In this document: positions 62,806 to 64,000 of the stretch, one piece after another
How the letters are laid out: each line of letters starts with the position of its first letter
Position numbering within the stretch: position 1 is the stretch's first letter
Assembly (NCBI GenBank): GCA_002633005.1
Contig: NMRA01000131.1
Span: forward strand, 683,808-747,807
Source of the DNA: Phoronis australis
Taxonomy: Eukaryota; Animalia; Phoronida
DNA length: 64,000 nt
Direction of reading: 5' to 3'
The notes under the pieces: generated by a model
What the model was told of the DNA's origin: nothing
What the model saw: the letters and a program-made list of their open reading frames with translations, nothing else
Database searches by the model: none
Program-made: the position numbers and the translations under genes

Positions 62806-63860
62806 CTGGCGATCTAAATCCCGACACGACAATCATACTCGGAACGCGTAGCCCTTTTCAAAGAGCTTTATCGTCACGTCGCTAAATGACTGTGAAAACA
62901 TCATAACAGCGGATGATCCCAACAAAGGTTCTCTTGCCCTCAGATTAGTCATTCACTATTAAATTTACAAAATTGCTGAGTATGATAGCCCCGTGCCGTC
63001 CTGCGGTGCGCAGACGACCAGTGACCTCGCAGCCTCCACTAGAATAAAAACTGTCTCATGATGTGACCCTGCTTAAGTGCGCGCGTGCAAGCTTCACGTG
63101 GTGCAGAGGTCAGACATCAAATTTATGGTTACAGTCTCGTATTATATGTAGCTGTCAAGTTCTGACTCAGACAGCAGTTTTAAAATTGGTTGTAATAAAA
63201 ATTTGAAAAACTTAACTCTGTTTTTTTTTGTGTTTGGGATGTTATAGTCGACACTCCGTGACTCAATGACATTTTCAGCGTATGGTTCTGCGGCTAGCTG
63301 TCTTATCTCGACAGCCCGGCATTGCTCTCTTGCCGTTGCGCCAAACATGCTATGCAAGGAAGTAAGACAAGGATCGGGGGTGGTCGAGCCAGTCGTCGAT
63401 CAAGAATAAAATTTCAAGCAACTGCATAAATATGTTACAAAATGTCAGAAAACAGCAATGTTTCAATTCATTATTCTAAACGATCATCTTACCAAACTTC
63501 GTGGTGGAAAAACATTTATTTTTCAGGCAAGATGTCCAGATTATCCTATTTATATCACTTGTAATATCGCACTGCGGCACTGTTCGGTCCCGCTGTTATC
63601 GCGCAATGTCTCAGTCGGCTGACAATCGTGATTTGGAAATGCCGTCACGTAATATAATGGCCTCTTTCAATATGCATCTCGTTTTTTATGGCCAAAGATA
63701 GTGGCGGTATTCAGCACGCACGTAGGGACTACGTGTGAGTCACCTGTCAATCACATGTTGGTGTCAAGGTAACAAGAACTCCAAAGTGTGGGAACTTTAG
63801 TGCGCACATGCACCACTACAAATCAGTCACACATAGCGACAGTCCGAAGTAACAAAAACG
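62806..63860 (-). promoter_or_regulatory. CpG-rich distal promoter / first-exon region of the RhoGEF gene
   Basis: CpG enrichment, - strand G|GTAAG donors at 62806 and 63493, GCGCGCGTGC, CACGTG, and TGGGAACTTTAGT / ACTACAAATC (ZNF143-like). Confidence 0.45.
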
Positions 63861-64000
63861 GGTGTGACTATGTGCTTTTAGCTGTTGTTAGGAAAGACCC
63901 AGTTCTTTACGATATTCCTCCGTTGCCAATGTTCCCCAAAACTGCGATGTCAAGTCTATTGCCATATTTCCCGGCTCGATGCTCCCTAAGCCCATCCCTT

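Overview
Eukaryotic (animal, probably marine invertebrate) genomic DNA with GT-AG introns; no prokaryotic features, tRNA, rRNA or CRISPR were seen. Five protein-coding genes can be assembled by hand with consistent splice phases. (1) The 3' part of a + strand CMGC-like protein kinase (exons 1024-1110, 8501-8590, 9972-12133, 12479-12532, last exon ~13788 or 13901) with a long disordered tail; the ORF track misses its kinase exons. (2) A 5-exon - strand 'short-chain collagen C4'-like gene (2491-6514) nested in one kinase intron. (3) EHD1/Past1/RME-1 (- strand, 2 coding exons). (4) YPEL5 (+ strand, intronless CDS), divergent from EHD1. (5) A PLEKHG1/3-like DH-PH RhoGEF (- strand, 12 common exons, 32014-48186). 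The most striking unexplained structures are a series of 6-8 candidate alternative first exons, each an ATG-initiated mini-ORF ending in a phase-1 donor that fits the RhoGEF common acceptor, and a 22-copy minisatellite that starts at a kinase splice donor and repeats an AG|27 nt|GT microexon-like unit. The window also holds MITE/Helentron-like elements, other tandem repeats, one 73-N gap and a ~750 bp probable haplotype duplication. All calls were made by eye; no database search or transcript data were available.
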